Shown one piece after another: positions 22,321 to 34,797 of a stretch of DNA of 64,000 bases. The first letter of the stretch is position 1, and every line of letters begins with the position of its first letter. Made by a program: the position numbers and the translations under genes. The stretch is from a bacterium (lineage in GTDB: Bacteria; J088; JAWLBW01). The notes below the pieces were generated by a model. It was not told the DNA's origin, did no database searches, and saw nothing but the letters and a program-made list of their open reading frames with translations. The stretch lies in contig JAWLHK010000005.1 of assembly GCA_041690355.1 (NCBI GenBank), forward strand, positions 124,001 through 188,000, in the 5' to 3' direction.

Positions 22321-22569
22321 ATGTCGCTTCCCCAAGGGGCCCAGGCCAGCTGCCTGTCCTGTCTGCATTTCGAGCGGATGTTTCGCGCCTGCAAGTTCGA
22401 CGCGCTGCGCGCGAAAGGCCCCCGCGTCGCTCCGCGCATCCTCCCCCAGACCGACATCCGCGCGCACCGCTGCGCAGATTTTCACTCGTGGGAAACCGGC
22501 CTGCTGCCGTTCAGCGCCACACCCGATAGCCGCTCGGGCGTCCGTGAATCGGCAGACGCAGGTGGATGA
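22321..22569 (+). CDS. Small Cys-rich hypothetical protein, possibly metal-binding
   Basis: CLSCLHF..C...C..F pattern; preceded by TTGTCA-N17-TACCCT 7 nt before the ATG. Confidence 0.5.
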   Translation: MSLPQGAQASCLSCLHFERMFRACKFDALRAKGPRVAPRILPQTDIRAHRCADFHSWETGLLPFSATPDSRSGVRESADAGG

Positions 22570-22768
22570 CCAGGTCGGAATAGCCTCCGATAAGCTGGCC
22601 CCCATGCATGACGAGCGGCAGCGTCCGGCCGTGCTCGGCCTCGATACGCTTCGCTTCTTCTTCAGACAATTGGATTTCGACGAACGCGAGGCCGCGCTCG
22701 ATGAAGGTGGTCAGAATCCGATCGCTCTGGGCGTCGGACTGCCGGACATAGAGTTCGTAGTGCACCAT
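22511..22768 (-). CDS. Glutaredoxin-fold small protein lacking CxxC
   Basis: RTLP (cis-Pro loop) and LIGGYSDL glutaredoxin signatures; GGAGG RBS; no cysteine. Confidence 0.65.
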   Translation of the reverse strand: MVHYELYVRQSDAQSDRILTTFIERGLAFVEIQLSEEEAKRIEAEHGRTLPLVMHGGQLIGGYSDLVIHLRLPIHGRPSGYRVWR

Positions 22769-22941
22769 GGGCCCCTCCCTAAGGTCATGGATGCGGATAA
22801 CACGCCCGGCCGCAAGCGCGCTTCAGGACATGCGCCACCGGCCGGTACAACCTCGGAAACACCGACGTCGCCCCCATACTCAACCAACTTTGCGGGGTTT
22901 CGTCAAGCAATTTGAGAATCGCCCGTGAAAAGGAGTAGACT

Positions 22942-23556
22942 ATGGGCATGCTGAGCGAATGGTCGTCCCTGGTCACCGGCGAGCACCTCCTCGCCTTTTT
23001 CCTGGCCGTGGCCCTGCTTGTCTCCCAAGTGCGCTACCTGCGCCTGCGGCGGCGCGAGCGGCGCATGATCGAACGCGAAGCCGCCCTGCAGGCACGTGAA
23101 GCGGTGGCCGCCGACCGCGCCGAGATTGAGACCGCCCGCCTCGAACAGCGCTTTCAGGAAGGGATCCGCGAGGGCGTACGCCGGATCGCCGAAGAAGACG
23201 AGGCCTACCGCCTCGCCTTCGAAAAGGGGGTCCTCGAAGGACGCCGGCAAGCCGAAGACGATATCCGCGTCGAGTACTGGACCGAGGTGCGCAAGGATCA
23301 GGGCTACTTCTTCACGTCAGCCGAAGTGGTCGCCTGCTACCAGCTCGTCTACAAGAACATCCCCCTCGGCCCACCCCAGCGGCGCGTGCTCGAGAAGAAT
23401 GAGTCGATTGACAAAGGTTCGATGGAGGCGATGTTCGAGCGTATCCTGGGTGATTCCGCAGCACTCCCCGCCGAAGCCGCCTCGCGCCGCATCCGCCTCG
23501 TCAACCGCGCCGATGAGGCGGCCGAAGAGCGCCCACGCGCCCTGCGCGGACGCTGA
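22942..23556 (+). CDS. Hypothetical membrane-anchored coiled-coil protein
   Basis: AGGAG RBS, N-terminal TM helix, charged helical region. Confidence 0.7.
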   Translation: MGMLSEWSSLVTGEHLLAFFLAVALLVSQVRYLRLRRRERRMIEREAALQAREAVAADRAEIETARLEQRFQEGIREGVRRIAEEDEAYRLAFEKGVLEGRRQAEDDIRVEYWTEVRKDQGYFFTSAEVVACYQLVYKNIPLGPPQRRVLEKNESIDKGSMEAMFERILGDSAALPAEAASRRIRLVNRADEAAEERPRALRGR

Positions 23557-23602
23557 GCCCTCGTTCACGCCCCCCCAGGTTCCCTTCACGCCCGCGTGGT
23601 TC

Positions 23603-24118
23603 TCACTCGGCATCGGCGCCGGAGTCGAACTCCATGGCCTCGAACTTCTTACGCTGCGGGGCGGTGAGCACCTTGAGAATCGCCTCGCGCTCTTCCCACT
23701 GCGCCTGCACCGTTTTCTCGAAGGCATCCTGATAGGCCTTGCCCGCACGCTTGACGTCGGCGTCGGTCGCCTTCGGGTTCATGAGCGCCATGCGGATCTG
23801 CATCATCGCTCCGTGCATCGTCTGCATCATGGTCTGATGGGATTGGGCGTTGCGCCGCTGCAGGCGCGTTATCCGGCCGACCTGCTCGTCGGTGAGCCCC
23901 AATTCGTCGGCGTTCATGAGAATCGGATGGGCCATGCCCATCATCCTGCCGCCCCCCATGCGGCCCTGCATTCCGCCGTCCATGCCGCCGCCCATGCCTC
24001 CGCCGGGGCCCTGCATCGATCCATGTCCTCTCCCCTGCCCCAACCCGGGCTGTCCGGCCGCCGGCGCGGCGGCGAGAAGGACTGCGGGAAACACAACGCC
24101 AACCAGGAACTTTCGCAT
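23603..24118 (-). CDS. Spy/CpxP family periplasmic protein
   Basis: Signal peptide, Gly/Met-rich stretch, LGLTDEQ and VLTAPQR (LTxxQ) motifs. Confidence 0.85.
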   Translation of the reverse strand: MRKFLVGVVFPAVLLAAAPAAGQPGLGQGRGHGSMQGPGGGMGGGMDGGMQGRMGGGRMMGMAHPILMNADELGLTDEQVGRITRLQRRNAQSHQTMMQTMHGAMMQIRMALMNPKATDADVKRAGKAYQDAFEKTVQAQWEEREAILKVLTAPQRKKFEAMEFDSGADAE

Positions 24119-24284
24119 GCTTCCTCCAGCAATGAAAATGCAGCGTGAAACGAGAACGGACGGTCGGGCACTATCCTTCTGCCTCCGACTCGCCCGAAAG
24201 CGGGGGGTCTGCTACCGTGTACCGGCACGGGCAACCGCTCCGCGGATGCATCCACTATCCTCCCGACGTCGGCTTCTGTCAACG

Positions 24285-25358
24285 ATGTACGAGACCCTGA
24301 AGTCCCTTCTTTTTCGCTTCGATGCCGAGACGGCCCACGGCCTGGGGCATCTGGCGCTCGGCGCCGCCGAACACTTCGCACCCCTTCGCGCCCTGTGGCG
24401 CTCGCAGTTCGTGCGCAGCGACGCGCGGCTTGCGGTCGAGCGCTTCGGCGTGCGCTTTCCGAATCCCCTCGGGCTGGCCGCCGGGTTCGACAAGGATGGC
24501 GCCCACCCGCTCGCGCTGGCCGCGCTCGGGTTCGGCTTCCTGGAACTCGGCACGGTGACCGCCTTCCCCCAGCTGGGCAATCCGCCGCCCCGCATGTTTC
24601 GCCTGCCAGATGACGAAGCGCTGCTCAATCGCCTGGGATTCAACAACCACGGTGCGGCCGCGCTGGCCGAGCGCCTGCGGGGACGCTCCTTTCCGGTCCC
24701 CATCGGCATCAACCTCGGCAAGTCCAAAGTGACGCCCAATGAAGAGGCCACTGGCGATTACCTGACCAGTCTCGAACAGGTGTGGGATCTGGCCGACTAT
24801 CTGGTCGTGAACGTGAGCAGCCCGAACACGCCCGGGCTGCGCGCGCTTCAGGATCGCGAGCCGCTGCGCGAGCTGCTCACGACACTCCAGCGCCGCCTGG
24901 CGGAACTGTCGGACCCCAAGAAGCCGCTCCTGCTCAAGATCGCGCCTGACCTGAGCGATGCGCAGATCGACGACATCCTCGATTTGCTTGGCGAGGCGCC
25001 GGTCGAGGGGATCATTGCGACCAACACGACGATTTCGCGCGACGGTCTGGGTACGCCGGCCGATCGCGTGGCCGCTCTCGGCGCCGGGGGAATTTCGGGA
25101 AGGCCGGTACGCAATCGATCGACCGAAGTCATCCGCCGGATCCACCGGGCGAGCGCCGGCAAACTGCCGATCATCGGCGTAGGCGGAATTTTTGAGGGCG
25201 CCGACGCGGTCGAGAAATTCAAGGCGGGGGCCGCGCTCGTGCAGATGTACACCGGATTCATCTACGGGGGGCCGGCTGCCCCCTCGCGCGTACTGGACGG
25301 CGTTCTCGCCGCCATGGCCGCCGACGGCGTGAAGTCGGTCGACGAGTGGCGCCCCTGA
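24285..25358 (+). CDS. pyrD: Quinone-dependent dihydroorotate dehydrogenase (class 2)
   Basis: NPLGLAAGFDK, NRLGFNN, NVSSPNTPGLR, KIAPDL, TNTT. Confidence 0.97.
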   Translation: MYETLKSLLFRFDAETAHGLGHLALGAAEHFAPLRALWRSQFVRSDARLAVERFGVRFPNPLGLAAGFDKDGAHPLALAALGFGFLELGTVTAFPQLGNPPPRMFRLPDDEALLNRLGFNNHGAAALAERLRGRSFPVPIGINLGKSKVTPNEEATGDYLTSLEQVWDLADYLVVNVSSPNTPGLRALQDREPLRELLTTLQRRLAELSDPKKPLLLKIAPDLSDAQIDDILDLLGEAPVEGIIATNTTISRDGLGTPADRVAALGAGGISGRPVRNRSTEVIRRIHRASAGKLPIIGVGGIFEGADAVEKFKAGAALVQMYTGFIYGGPAAPSRVLDGVLAAMAADGVKSVDEWRP

Positions 25359-25525
25359 GCGTCGCCCCGAATCAGGACGAAAAAAGAGGGAAGCAGAAGC
25401 CGGCGGCAGGGAGGAGCCTCCGAAATCTGCTTCCCCGTTCCAGAGGAATTCCGCACGGGCCGGCTTGAACCCGCGGGCGCGCCAACACCCCTGAAGACGC
25501 GCGCCGCCGGCGGCCCGACGGATGC

Positions 25526-25801
25526 TTAGTTCCGATAATCCGTGAGCGCCGATGCGAAGTAGTCGAGCATCGACCCCAGCTGGACCATCTCGGCTACCGA
25601 GGCCCCTTCAGGCACCTCGACGCCGATGTCGCCGGTGAGGGTGCCGTCGGTCTTGCGCACCGGGCCCACCGGCAGGCCGTAAATCTCACCCCGCTCGCAC
25701 ACCCGGTCCATCATCCAGCTGCGGCGGGCCGGGTGCAGGTTTTCGGGCACCACGAAGGTGACTGGACGGAAAGACGAATCGACTCCTTGCACGAGCTTCA
25801 T
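25526..25801 (-). CDS. Small hypothetical protein (91 aa)
   Basis: GGAGGGG RBS before ATG 25801; host-like codon usage. Confidence 0.65.
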   Translation of the reverse strand: MKLVQGVDSSFRPVTFVVPENLHPARRSWMMDRVCERGEIYGLPVGPVRKTDGTLTGDIGVEVPEGASVAEMVQLGSMLDYFASALTDYRN

Positions 25802-25867
25802 ATCCCCTCCGCAGCGGGGTACCCCGGGTGATCCGGGGGCAACACACACGCTTTGCGCGGAAAAGGA

Positions 25868-25884
25868 AGCACGTTCCATGCCAG
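25868..25884 (-). promoter_or_regulatory. Sigma54 (-24/-12) promoter
   Basis: CTGGCATGGAACGTGCT with exact GG-N10-GC spacing, upstream of 25801. Confidence 0.6.
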
Positions 25885-25939
25885 CCCCGGATCTGCGGGG
25901 GCGCGGCCGACGAACCCTGACCGGGCTGTCACGCGGCCG

Positions 25940-25975
25940 TGTCGCATTGTGCAATACCGTCGTGAAAATGCGGCA
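25940..25975. promoter_or_regulatory. Candidate enhancer-binding-protein site
   Basis: TGTCGCATT-N18-AATGCGGCA inverted repeat about 55-90 bp upstream of the sigma54 -24 box. Confidence 0.45.
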
Positions 25976-26075
25976 TGGGGGTCCGCCGATTGGGCAGTCG
26001 GCGCCCGGAAGCCATGCAGCGGGACTTGCGCACCGCGCCCGGCGTGCTTATCTTCCGCTGCAGGAGGATGTCACC

Positions 26076-26501
26076 ATGTCGCTGCTCGTCGCCTGCCGCC
26101 ACTGCGGCGCCACGAATCGGGTTCAGGAAGGCAAGACGGGGGCCCGCTGCGGGTCCTGCAGGAACGCGCTCCCCACGGCGGGGACGGCCGAGGCGGTCAC
26201 CGACGCCGGCTGGGCGCAGTTCGTGGGCACGGGGGGCATGCCGGTGCTCATCGACTTCTGGGCGCCCTGGTGCGGACCGTGCCGCATGGTGGGGCCGGCC
26301 GTCGAAGAGGTGGCGCGCAAATATTTCGGGCAGCTGCGCGTGGGCAAGCTGAACACGGATGAGAATCCGCAGACCTCGGCGGCGTTCCAGATCCGCAGCA
26401 TTCCGACCCTGGCCATCTTCAAGGACGGCAACGTGGTCGACCGCGTGAGCGGCGCGCTCCCCCCGCCGCAGCTCGAAGCGTGGGTCCGGCAACACCTTTG
26501 A
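26076..26501 (+). CDS. trxC: Thioredoxin 2 with N-terminal zinc ribbon
   Basis: CRHC..NR...CGSC zinc ribbon, WAPWCGPC active site, AGGAGG RBS. Confidence 0.93.
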   Translation: MSLLVACRHCGATNRVQEGKTGARCGSCRNALPTAGTAEAVTDAGWAQFVGTGGMPVLIDFWAPWCGPCRMVGPAVEEVARKYFGQLRVGKLNTDENPQTSAAFQIRSIPTLAIFKDGNVVDRVSGALPPPQLEAWVRQHL

Positions 26502-26823
26502 TTGACGATTTACAATTTACGATTGACGATTTGCCGGCAAGGCCACGAGTCCATCCGTTCGTCCCGAGCTGACGGCGCGAAGCAGAGCGGAGCGCGACAG
26601 CGAGGGGCCGTGCTTGGATTGACGATTTGCCGGCAAGGCGACGAGTCCATCCGTTCGTCCCGAGCTGACGGCGCGAAGCAGAGCGGAGCGCGACAGCGAG
26701 GGGCCGTACTTGGATTCCATGCGCCTGTCTCGCCGTCGCAGGCTGCCCTGCATCCTGCCGTCGGCTGACACGAACGATTTCGATTGACGACCGTGGACTG
26801 CCGACTGAGGACTGACGACTGAA
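26500..26823 (-). repeat. Mosaic: 7-mer arrays, a full family A element (26651-26777) and a 96-bp tandem duplication of its right half (26521-26616)
   Basis: Unit gattgacgatttgccggcaagg...ccgttcgtcccgagctgacggcgcgaagcagagcggagcgcgacagcgaggggccgt occurs at 26521 and 26617; ACGATTG array on the left, GACTGA array on the right. Confidence 0.9.
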
Positions 26824-26826
26824 CCG

Positions 26827-29471
<2,645 letters not shown>

Positions 29472-29492
29472 GGGTCCGTCTCGGAATTCCGC

Positions 29493-30545
29493 TCAGGGGA
29501 AGATGGGGAACCGGTCGAGGCCGGCGGTCTCGTCGAAGCCGAGCATGAGGTTCATGTTCTGCACGGCCTGCCCCGAGGCGCCCTTGACGAGGTTATCGAG
29601 CGCCGAGAACAGGATGAGCCGGTTCTGCCGTTCGTCAAAATGGAGCCCGAGGTCGCAGAAGTTACTGCCGCGCACGTGCCCCGGGTTCGGAACCTTGCCC
29701 TGGCCCACCAGGCGCACGAAGTACTCGCCGCCGTAGGCGCGGTCCCAGGCTTCCAGCGCTTCCTTCACGGTCACGCCGGCCTTCGGTTTGCAGTAGATGC
29801 TCGAGAGGATGCCCCGGTTGATCGGCAGCAGGTGCGGCACGAAGGTCACGCGCACTTCCGTTCCCCCCGCCTGGGTCGAGAGCTCCTTCTCGATCTCGGG
29901 CTGGTGGCGATGATTCGCGACCTTGTACGGCCGGAAGCCCTCGTTCACTTCGGAGAAGAGCATCTCTTCGCTCGCCGAGCGGCCCGCGCCGCTCATGCCG
30001 CTCTTGGCATCGTCAAGAATGTCGGTCGGCTCGATGAGCCCGTCGCGCAGCAGCGGCGCCAGCGCGAGAATGGCGCTCGTCACGTAGCAGCCGGGATTGG
30101 CGACCAGCTTCGCCCCCCGGATCCGCTCGCGGTGCAGCTCGGGCAGCCCGTAGATCGCCTGGGGAATCACGTCGGGACGCGGGTGGGCGCCGTACCAGGC
30201 TTCGTAGACCGAAAGTTCCTCAAAGCGATAGTCGGCGCTCAGGTCCACGACCGGCATGCCCGCCGTCCACAGTTCCGCCACGACCGAGGCGGCCGTGTGG
30301 TGCGGGAGCGCCGTGAAGGCGAAATCGGCCTGCGCGCGGATCTCGGAGGCGTCGGCCTTCACGAGCGGCTGGGCGCCCACGCTCCCCCGCAGCGAGGGGA
30401 AAACGTCCTGCACCTGCTTGCCCGCGTGCTTCTCGGCCGTGACGAGCGTGATGTCGACGTGGGGATGGCTGGCGAGGAGGCGCAGGAGTTCGCCCCCCGT
30501 GTATCCGCTGGCGCCGACGACCGCGACCCTGACTTTCTGTGCCAT
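29493..30545 (-). CDS. argC: N-acetyl-gamma-glutamyl-phosphate reductase
   Basis: GASGYTGGEL, ANPGCY, SGMSGAGR, DNLVKGASGQAVQNMN. Confidence 0.97.
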   Translation of the reverse strand: MAQKVRVAVVGASGYTGGELLRLLASHPHVDITLVTAEKHAGKQVQDVFPSLRGSVGAQPLVKADASEIRAQADFAFTALPHHTAASVVAELWTAGMPVVDLSADYRFEELSVYEAWYGAHPRPDVIPQAIYGLPELHRERIRGAKLVANPGCYVTSAILALAPLLRDGLIEPTDILDDAKSGMSGAGRSASEEMLFSEVNEGFRPYKVANHRHQPEIEKELSTQAGGTEVRVTFVPHLLPINRGILSSIYCKPKAGVTVKEALEAWDRAYGGEYFVRLVGQGKVPNPGHVRGSNFCDLGLHFDERQNRLILFSALDNLVKGASGQAVQNMNLMLGFDETAGLDRFPIFP

Positions 30546-30599
30546 AGTTCACTCCGACAACGGAACTTCCGCAGGGCGGAAAGGAATACGGGGACAAAT

Positions 30600-30633
30600 A
30601 AAAACAGGGGAAGAGCGGCAAGCTCTTCCCCTG
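30600..30633 (-). terminator. Rho-independent terminator after rpsI
   Basis: CAGGGGAAGAGC-TTGCC-GCTCTTCCCCTG-TTTTT. Confidence 0.9.
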
Positions 30634-30661
30634 GAGAAAACGGAATTCGAACCGTCGCGGC

Positions 30662-31054
30662 TTAGCGCTTGCTGAACTGGAACCGCCGACGGGCCTTGCG
30701 GCGACCGTACTTCTTGCGTTCCACTTCGCGCGGGTCGCGCGTCAGCAGGCCGGCCTTCTTGAGGTTCGTGCGCCAATCGGGGTTGACCTCGAGCAGGGCG
30801 CGCGACACGCCGTGGCGCAGGGCGCCGGCCTGGCCGCTCTTGCCGCCGCCGTCCACATACGCGTAGACGTCGAAACGGCCGCGGGTGTCGGTCAGGTCGA
30901 ACGGCTGGTTCACGACCATCACCGAAGTGGGACGGCCGAAGTACGCAGCGACTTCCATGTTGTTGACGAGAATGTTGCCGTTGCCTTCCTTCACCCAAAC
31001 GCGGGCGACGGAGGTCTTGCGGCGACCGGTCGCATAGAATTTCTTGGCTGCCAT
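30662..31054 (-). CDS. rpsI: 30S ribosomal protein S9
   Basis: [38 protein letters not shown]. Confidence 0.99.
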   Translation of the reverse strand: MAAKKFYATGRRKTSVARVWVKEGNGNILVNNMEVAAYFGRPTSVMVVNQPFDLTDTRGRFDVYAYVDGGGKSGQAGALRHGVSRALLEVNPDWRTNLKKAGLLTRDPREVERKKYGRRKARRRFQFSKR

Positions 31055-31058
31055 GGTC

Positions 31059-31496
31059 TTACTTCACTTCCACGCGGACCGGCTGCTGCGCCTTGTGCGG
31101 ATGTTCCGGTCCCGTATAAATCTTGAGCTTGCGCATCGTGTTCTTGCCGGTGCGGAATCCCGGGTTCGGGATCATGTTGCGCACGGCCTTGTACAGAATC
31201 TGCTCGGGCTTTTCATCGAGCATCTTCTGCGCCAGGGTCTCGGTAAGACCCGACGGATGCCCCGAGTGCCGGTAGTAGGCCTTCTGTTCGAGCTTGCGGC
31301 CCGTGAGGCGCACCTTGTCGGCGTTGACGACGATGACGAAGTCACCGGTATCGACGTGGGGCGTGAAATTGGTCTTGTTCTTGCCGCGGAGAATGGTGGC
31401 GATGCGGGTGGCCAGGCGACCGACGACCTGATCGGCCGCGTCGATCACCACCCAGTTGCGCTCAACCGTCTCTTTTTTCGCGATGGGCGTTTTCAT
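31059..31496 (-). CDS. rplM: 50S ribosomal protein L13
   Basis: [42 protein letters not shown]. Confidence 0.99.
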   Translation of the reverse strand: MKTPIAKKETVERNWVVIDAADQVVGRLATRIATILRGKNKTNFTPHVDTGDFVIVVNADKVRLTGRKLEQKAYYRHSGHPSGLTETLAQKMLDEKPEQILYKAVRNMIPNPGFRTGKNTMRKLKIYTGPEHPHKAQQPVRVEVK

Positions 31497-31533
31497 GAGA
31501 CTTACCAGAGGGGCGTAAAAAGATAATTCGATT

Positions 31534-31562
31534 AGTATACAAAGGGACACGAACCCTGTCAA
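31534..31562 (-). promoter_or_regulatory. Near-consensus sigma70 promoter of rplM-rpsI
   Basis: TTGACA-N17-TATACT. Confidence 0.85.
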
Positions 31563-31652
31563 GAAGCGAGGTCCGCCTCTCGAGACACGGGCAGAAACAG
31601 ATAGGATACCGGAAACGGCGGCCGGGAGCAATGGTGAACTTCGGGCGGCCGG

Positions 31653-31687
31653 TATCCAATGCCCGATGGACAATGCCCGATGCCCAA
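31653..31687. repeat. Degenerate 7-mer tandem array (TGCCCRA type)
   Basis: tatccaa tgcccga tggacaa tgcccga tgcccaa. Confidence 0.7.
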
Positions 31688-31735
31688 CCGCACCCCCACC
31701 GTTTGTCGCCCAACTGAACATGAGCCATGCCCTGC

Positions 31736-31772
31736 AAAAAAAAGGGGAGGCCTCCCGAAGAAGGCCTCCCCC
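31736..31772 (-). terminator. Rho-independent terminator
   Basis: GGGGAGGCCTTC-TTCG-GGAGGCCTCCCC followed by T8. Confidence 0.9.
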
Positions 31773-31797
31773 TGTATCCGTGTAGAGCTGCCGGCCG

Positions 31798-34416
31798 TTA
31801 CGGAACCGTGGCGGTAGCCGCCTTCGGGAACGACAGGGCGGAATCGCACGTCATCGTCAGGACCGTGCCGGCCGTGAGGGCATGGCCCTGGCTGCTGGCC
31901 GGCAGATCGCTCGCCCCGAGCTGCACGACGTTGCTGTCGGCGTCGTTGCTGATCCGGCACGTCGCGGCGCCGGCATTGGTGAGCCAGCTGATCGTGTCGA
32001 CCGTGACCTCGAAGGTACGAATCCACGCGTCTTCGGGGTGGCGCAGCGTACCTGCCGCCACGCCGGCGGTCGTTCCCTCGACGACCTCGCCCGAAATCTC
32101 GCTGCTCCAGTTTTCCCAGTCGACGCCCGTCGTCGAGAAGAGCGTCGTGGCCGTCGCCGCGTCGCCCCAGTTCGAGCAGCCGTGCGCGGGGTCGAAGAAG
32201 TATTCGCCGCTGGCCGCCGGGGCGACAAACGGGGTGGTCGTCGCCGTGCTGTTATCCGTTCCGAAGCCGGACAGATTGTCCTCGGCGCAGGTGTTGAACA
32301 CAGAACTCGCCGCGGGGTTCAGCACGTCCTTGCCGCTGGGGGCCGTGTTGCCCCAGAAGCTGCTGTTGCGCAGCGTAAACGTAGGGGAACTCATGAGCGC
32401 GATCGCGCCTCCCGCCGTGGCGGCGCTGTTACCCACGAACTGCGTGTGGATAACAACCAGTTCTGAGCTGCTACTGTAAATGCCGCCGCCACGCCATGTG
32501 GAGACCGAGTTATTGCTGATCTGCGAATTGACCACCGTCGCCTGCACATTCGAAAGGAAAATGCCTCCGGCGTTCTGGGACGCCGAATTGCCGTCGATCA
32601 GGCCGTGGCTGAAGGTAAAAGGTCCGTACAACACGTAGACACCGCCGGCGCTCTGGCTTGCCGTGTTCCCTATGACGGCCGTGTTCTCCATGACCAGGTC
32701 GCCGTTGTTGTAGTTGTAGGCGTTGATACCGGCGCCGTTCGCGGCCGTATTGTAATCAACCCTTGAGTTCCGAATGGTGAGTTTTCCCATGTTGTAGATC
32801 CCGCCGCCATCAGCATTCGCATGGTTGCCGGTGATATGTACATTGGTGAGGCTCAGGTTTTTGCCGGCCGTGTTGTAAACACCCGCACCCGTCGTGTAGC
32901 CGATTTCTACGGCGTTGCCACCCGTGATGGTCACTCCGTCAAGACGAGCGGTAGCCCCCACGACCACGCGATAAGCGTCACCGGCCGAGAGCGTGCCGCT
33001 GCTGTCGGTGTCGCCCGAAAGAACGGTGGCAGCGGGATCAACCACGCCACGTTCGGCGAGCGAAGCCTCGGTGCCCGCGAAGCCGCCGTACAGGTCGGCA
33101 TTGTCTTTCATGGTGATCAGGGCGCCCGTACCCGTCGAGCGATAGGTGCCCTTGGCAATCCAGACCTCGCCGGCTCCGGCGGCGGCCACATCGTCGATCG
33201 CCGTCTGCAGACTGGCGGTGGCGTTGGCCCAGCTGGTACCGTCGCCGCTGCCGGTCGCGCTCGGGCGAACATAGCGCCGGAGACCCACGACATCGACCAT
33301 CACCGCGACCGGGTCGGAGCTGGCCGCATCGTCGCTCGCCTGCACATAGAACACGTCGGTTCCCGTGTAGTTGGTGACCGGCGTGTAGGTCAGCGCGCCC
33401 GTGCTGGCCGTGATGACGACCCATCCGTGTTCCGGCGCCGTCGACACCGCGTAGCTGAGCGCATTTCCGTCGGCATCGGCGCCGACCAGGGTCGCATCGA
33501 CCGGGGTGTTGACCACCGTCGTGACGTGCAGACCGCTCAGGGTCGGGACGTTGTTGACCCGCTTGACCGTGATCGAAACGGTTGCCGCGGCAGAATCCGC
33601 AGCGCCATCGTTGGCGATGAACTTGAACTCGTCGCTGCCGTAGTAATTCGCGGAGGGAGTGTACTCGAAGTCGCCGTTGCTCTGCAGCGTCAGCGTGCCA
33701 TGCTGCACGTCGCCGTCGGCAGCGAGGGTGAACGCGAGCGAATCGCCGTCGGCATCGCTGCCCGTCACGGCGCCCGCCAGAACAGCATCTTCGTTGACCG
33801 TGACGGACTGGTCGTCGGCCACCGGCACCGAATTCCCGCGGGCCCCGAGCAACGGCCCGAACGGGCTCAGGGTTGCGAACGAGGCCGTCACCCGAAGGGC
33901 CGCGGTGTCGACCGTATCAGCGGGCTGGGTGACCCATGCGCTGCTGTGGAAATTGCCGACGGCCAGAAGCGCCGTGTCCTCGCCTTCGACGCTGCCGGCA
34001 TAGGCCAGCGTAATGCGCACCGGCGCGAGGGGCTGCACGCTGGTCCCGGCCCGCACGCTCTGAATGTTGATGTCAACCAGATCGCCGGCCAGGGAAAAAC
34101 TTGCCGGCGCTTCGAGCGTGGCGCCCGTATAAGGCACAATCGAGACCACGTAGGCATCGCCTGCATCGGCCTCGGGCAGCGCGCCCGCAGGAATTTCGAT
34201 GGCGGCTCCGCTCGCGCTGTCCTCGACGGTTCCCCCTTGGGTTCCCACCACCTGAGCGACGCCACCCTCGGCCGTCACCTCGGCAACCAGCTCGTCGACA
34301 AGAGCCTGCAGCGACTTCTTGCCGCTGTCGTCAGTGATGTTTTCAGCGCTGCACCCCCAGAGCGAGGTGCACAGCGCCGCCGCGGCCAACAGATTTTTCC
34401 GGATAAAACGAGTCAT
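31798..34416 (-). CDS. Surface lipoprotein with cadherin/Ig-like repeats and a parallel beta-helix
   Basis: Lipobox LWGC; PVADDQSVTVNED..DADGD..HGTL..G.F.YTP..NY.G.D.F repeats; GGGI/GGAI and FxxN beta-helix repeats. Confidence 0.85.
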   Translation of the reverse strand: MTRFIRKNLLAAAALCTSLWGCSAENITDDSGKKSLQALVDELVAEVTAEGGVAQVVGTQGGTVEDSASGAAIEIPAGALPEADAGDAYVVSIVPYTGATLEAPASFSLAGDLVDINIQSVRAGTSVQPLAPVRITLAYAGSVEGEDTALLAVGNFHSSAWVTQPADTVDTAALRVTASFATLSPFGPLLGARGNSVPVADDQSVTVNEDAVLAGAVTGSDADGDSLAFTLAADGDVQHGTLTLQSNGDFEYTPSANYYGSDEFKFIANDGAADSAAATVSITVKRVNNVPTLSGLHVTTVVNTPVDATLVGADADGNALSYAVSTAPEHGWVVITASTGALTYTPVTNYTGTDVFYVQASDDAASSDPVAVMVDVVGLRRYVRPSATGSGDGTSWANATASLQTAIDDVAAAGAGEVWIAKGTYRSTGTGALITMKDNADLYGGFAGTEASLAERGVVDPAATVLSGDTDSSGTLSAGDAYRVVVGATARLDGVTITGGNAVEIGYTTGAGVYNTAGKNLSLTNVHITGNHANADGGGIYNMGKLTIRNSRVDYNTAANGAGINAYNYNNGDLVMENTAVIGNTASQSAGGVYVLYGPFTFSHGLIDGNSASQNAGGIFLSNVQATVVNSQISNNSVSTWRGGGIYSSSSELVVIHTQFVGNSAATAGGAIALMSSPTFTLRNSSFWGNTAPSGKDVLNPAASSVFNTCAEDNLSGFGTDNSTATTTPFVAPAASGEYFFDPAHGCSNWGDAATATTLFSTTGVDWENWSSEISGEVVEGTTAGVAAGTLRHPEDAWIRTFEVTVDTISWLTNAGAATCRISNDADSNVVQLGASDLPASSQGHALTAGTVLTMTCDSALSFPKAATATVP

Positions 34417-34603
34417 GAGCGAGTACTCCGCTGCTAAGCATTGTAAGGGATGGTCGAGCGCGCCACCGGCCTGGTGACACTTTGGCTGTCACGGTACCGG
34501 AGCCCGAAGGGAAACACAGTAAGTAATTCTTTACACATGAACTCTGAAGCAAAGAACCGTGCCGGCTGGAGCTCCCTGCCCCATCGATTCACCGACGGGA
34601 GTC

Positions 34604-34647
34604 AAAAAAAGAGGGGCCGGGCCCCCGTGACATAGCCCGTCCCCTCT
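34604..34647 (-). terminator. Rho-independent terminator after amt
   Basis: AGAGGGGACGGGC...GCCCGGCCCCTCT followed by a T-tract. Confidence 0.7.
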
Positions 34648-34725
34648 CCGGCGTCGCCGCCGTTTCGTGGTGCGCACAGCGCACGATTTTCTGATTTCTG
34701 AAGCTGCGGATTCCTTGTTTACGAG

Positions 34726-34746
34726 CGTCCGACGTCCGACGTCCGA
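34726..34746. repeat. 7-mer tandem array (CGTCCGA x3)
   Basis: Three perfect units. Confidence 0.7.
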
Positions 34747-34797
34747 GCGGACCCCGGCCGTGCACCCGGATGCTCCGGGTGCACGGCCCCGAACCCG

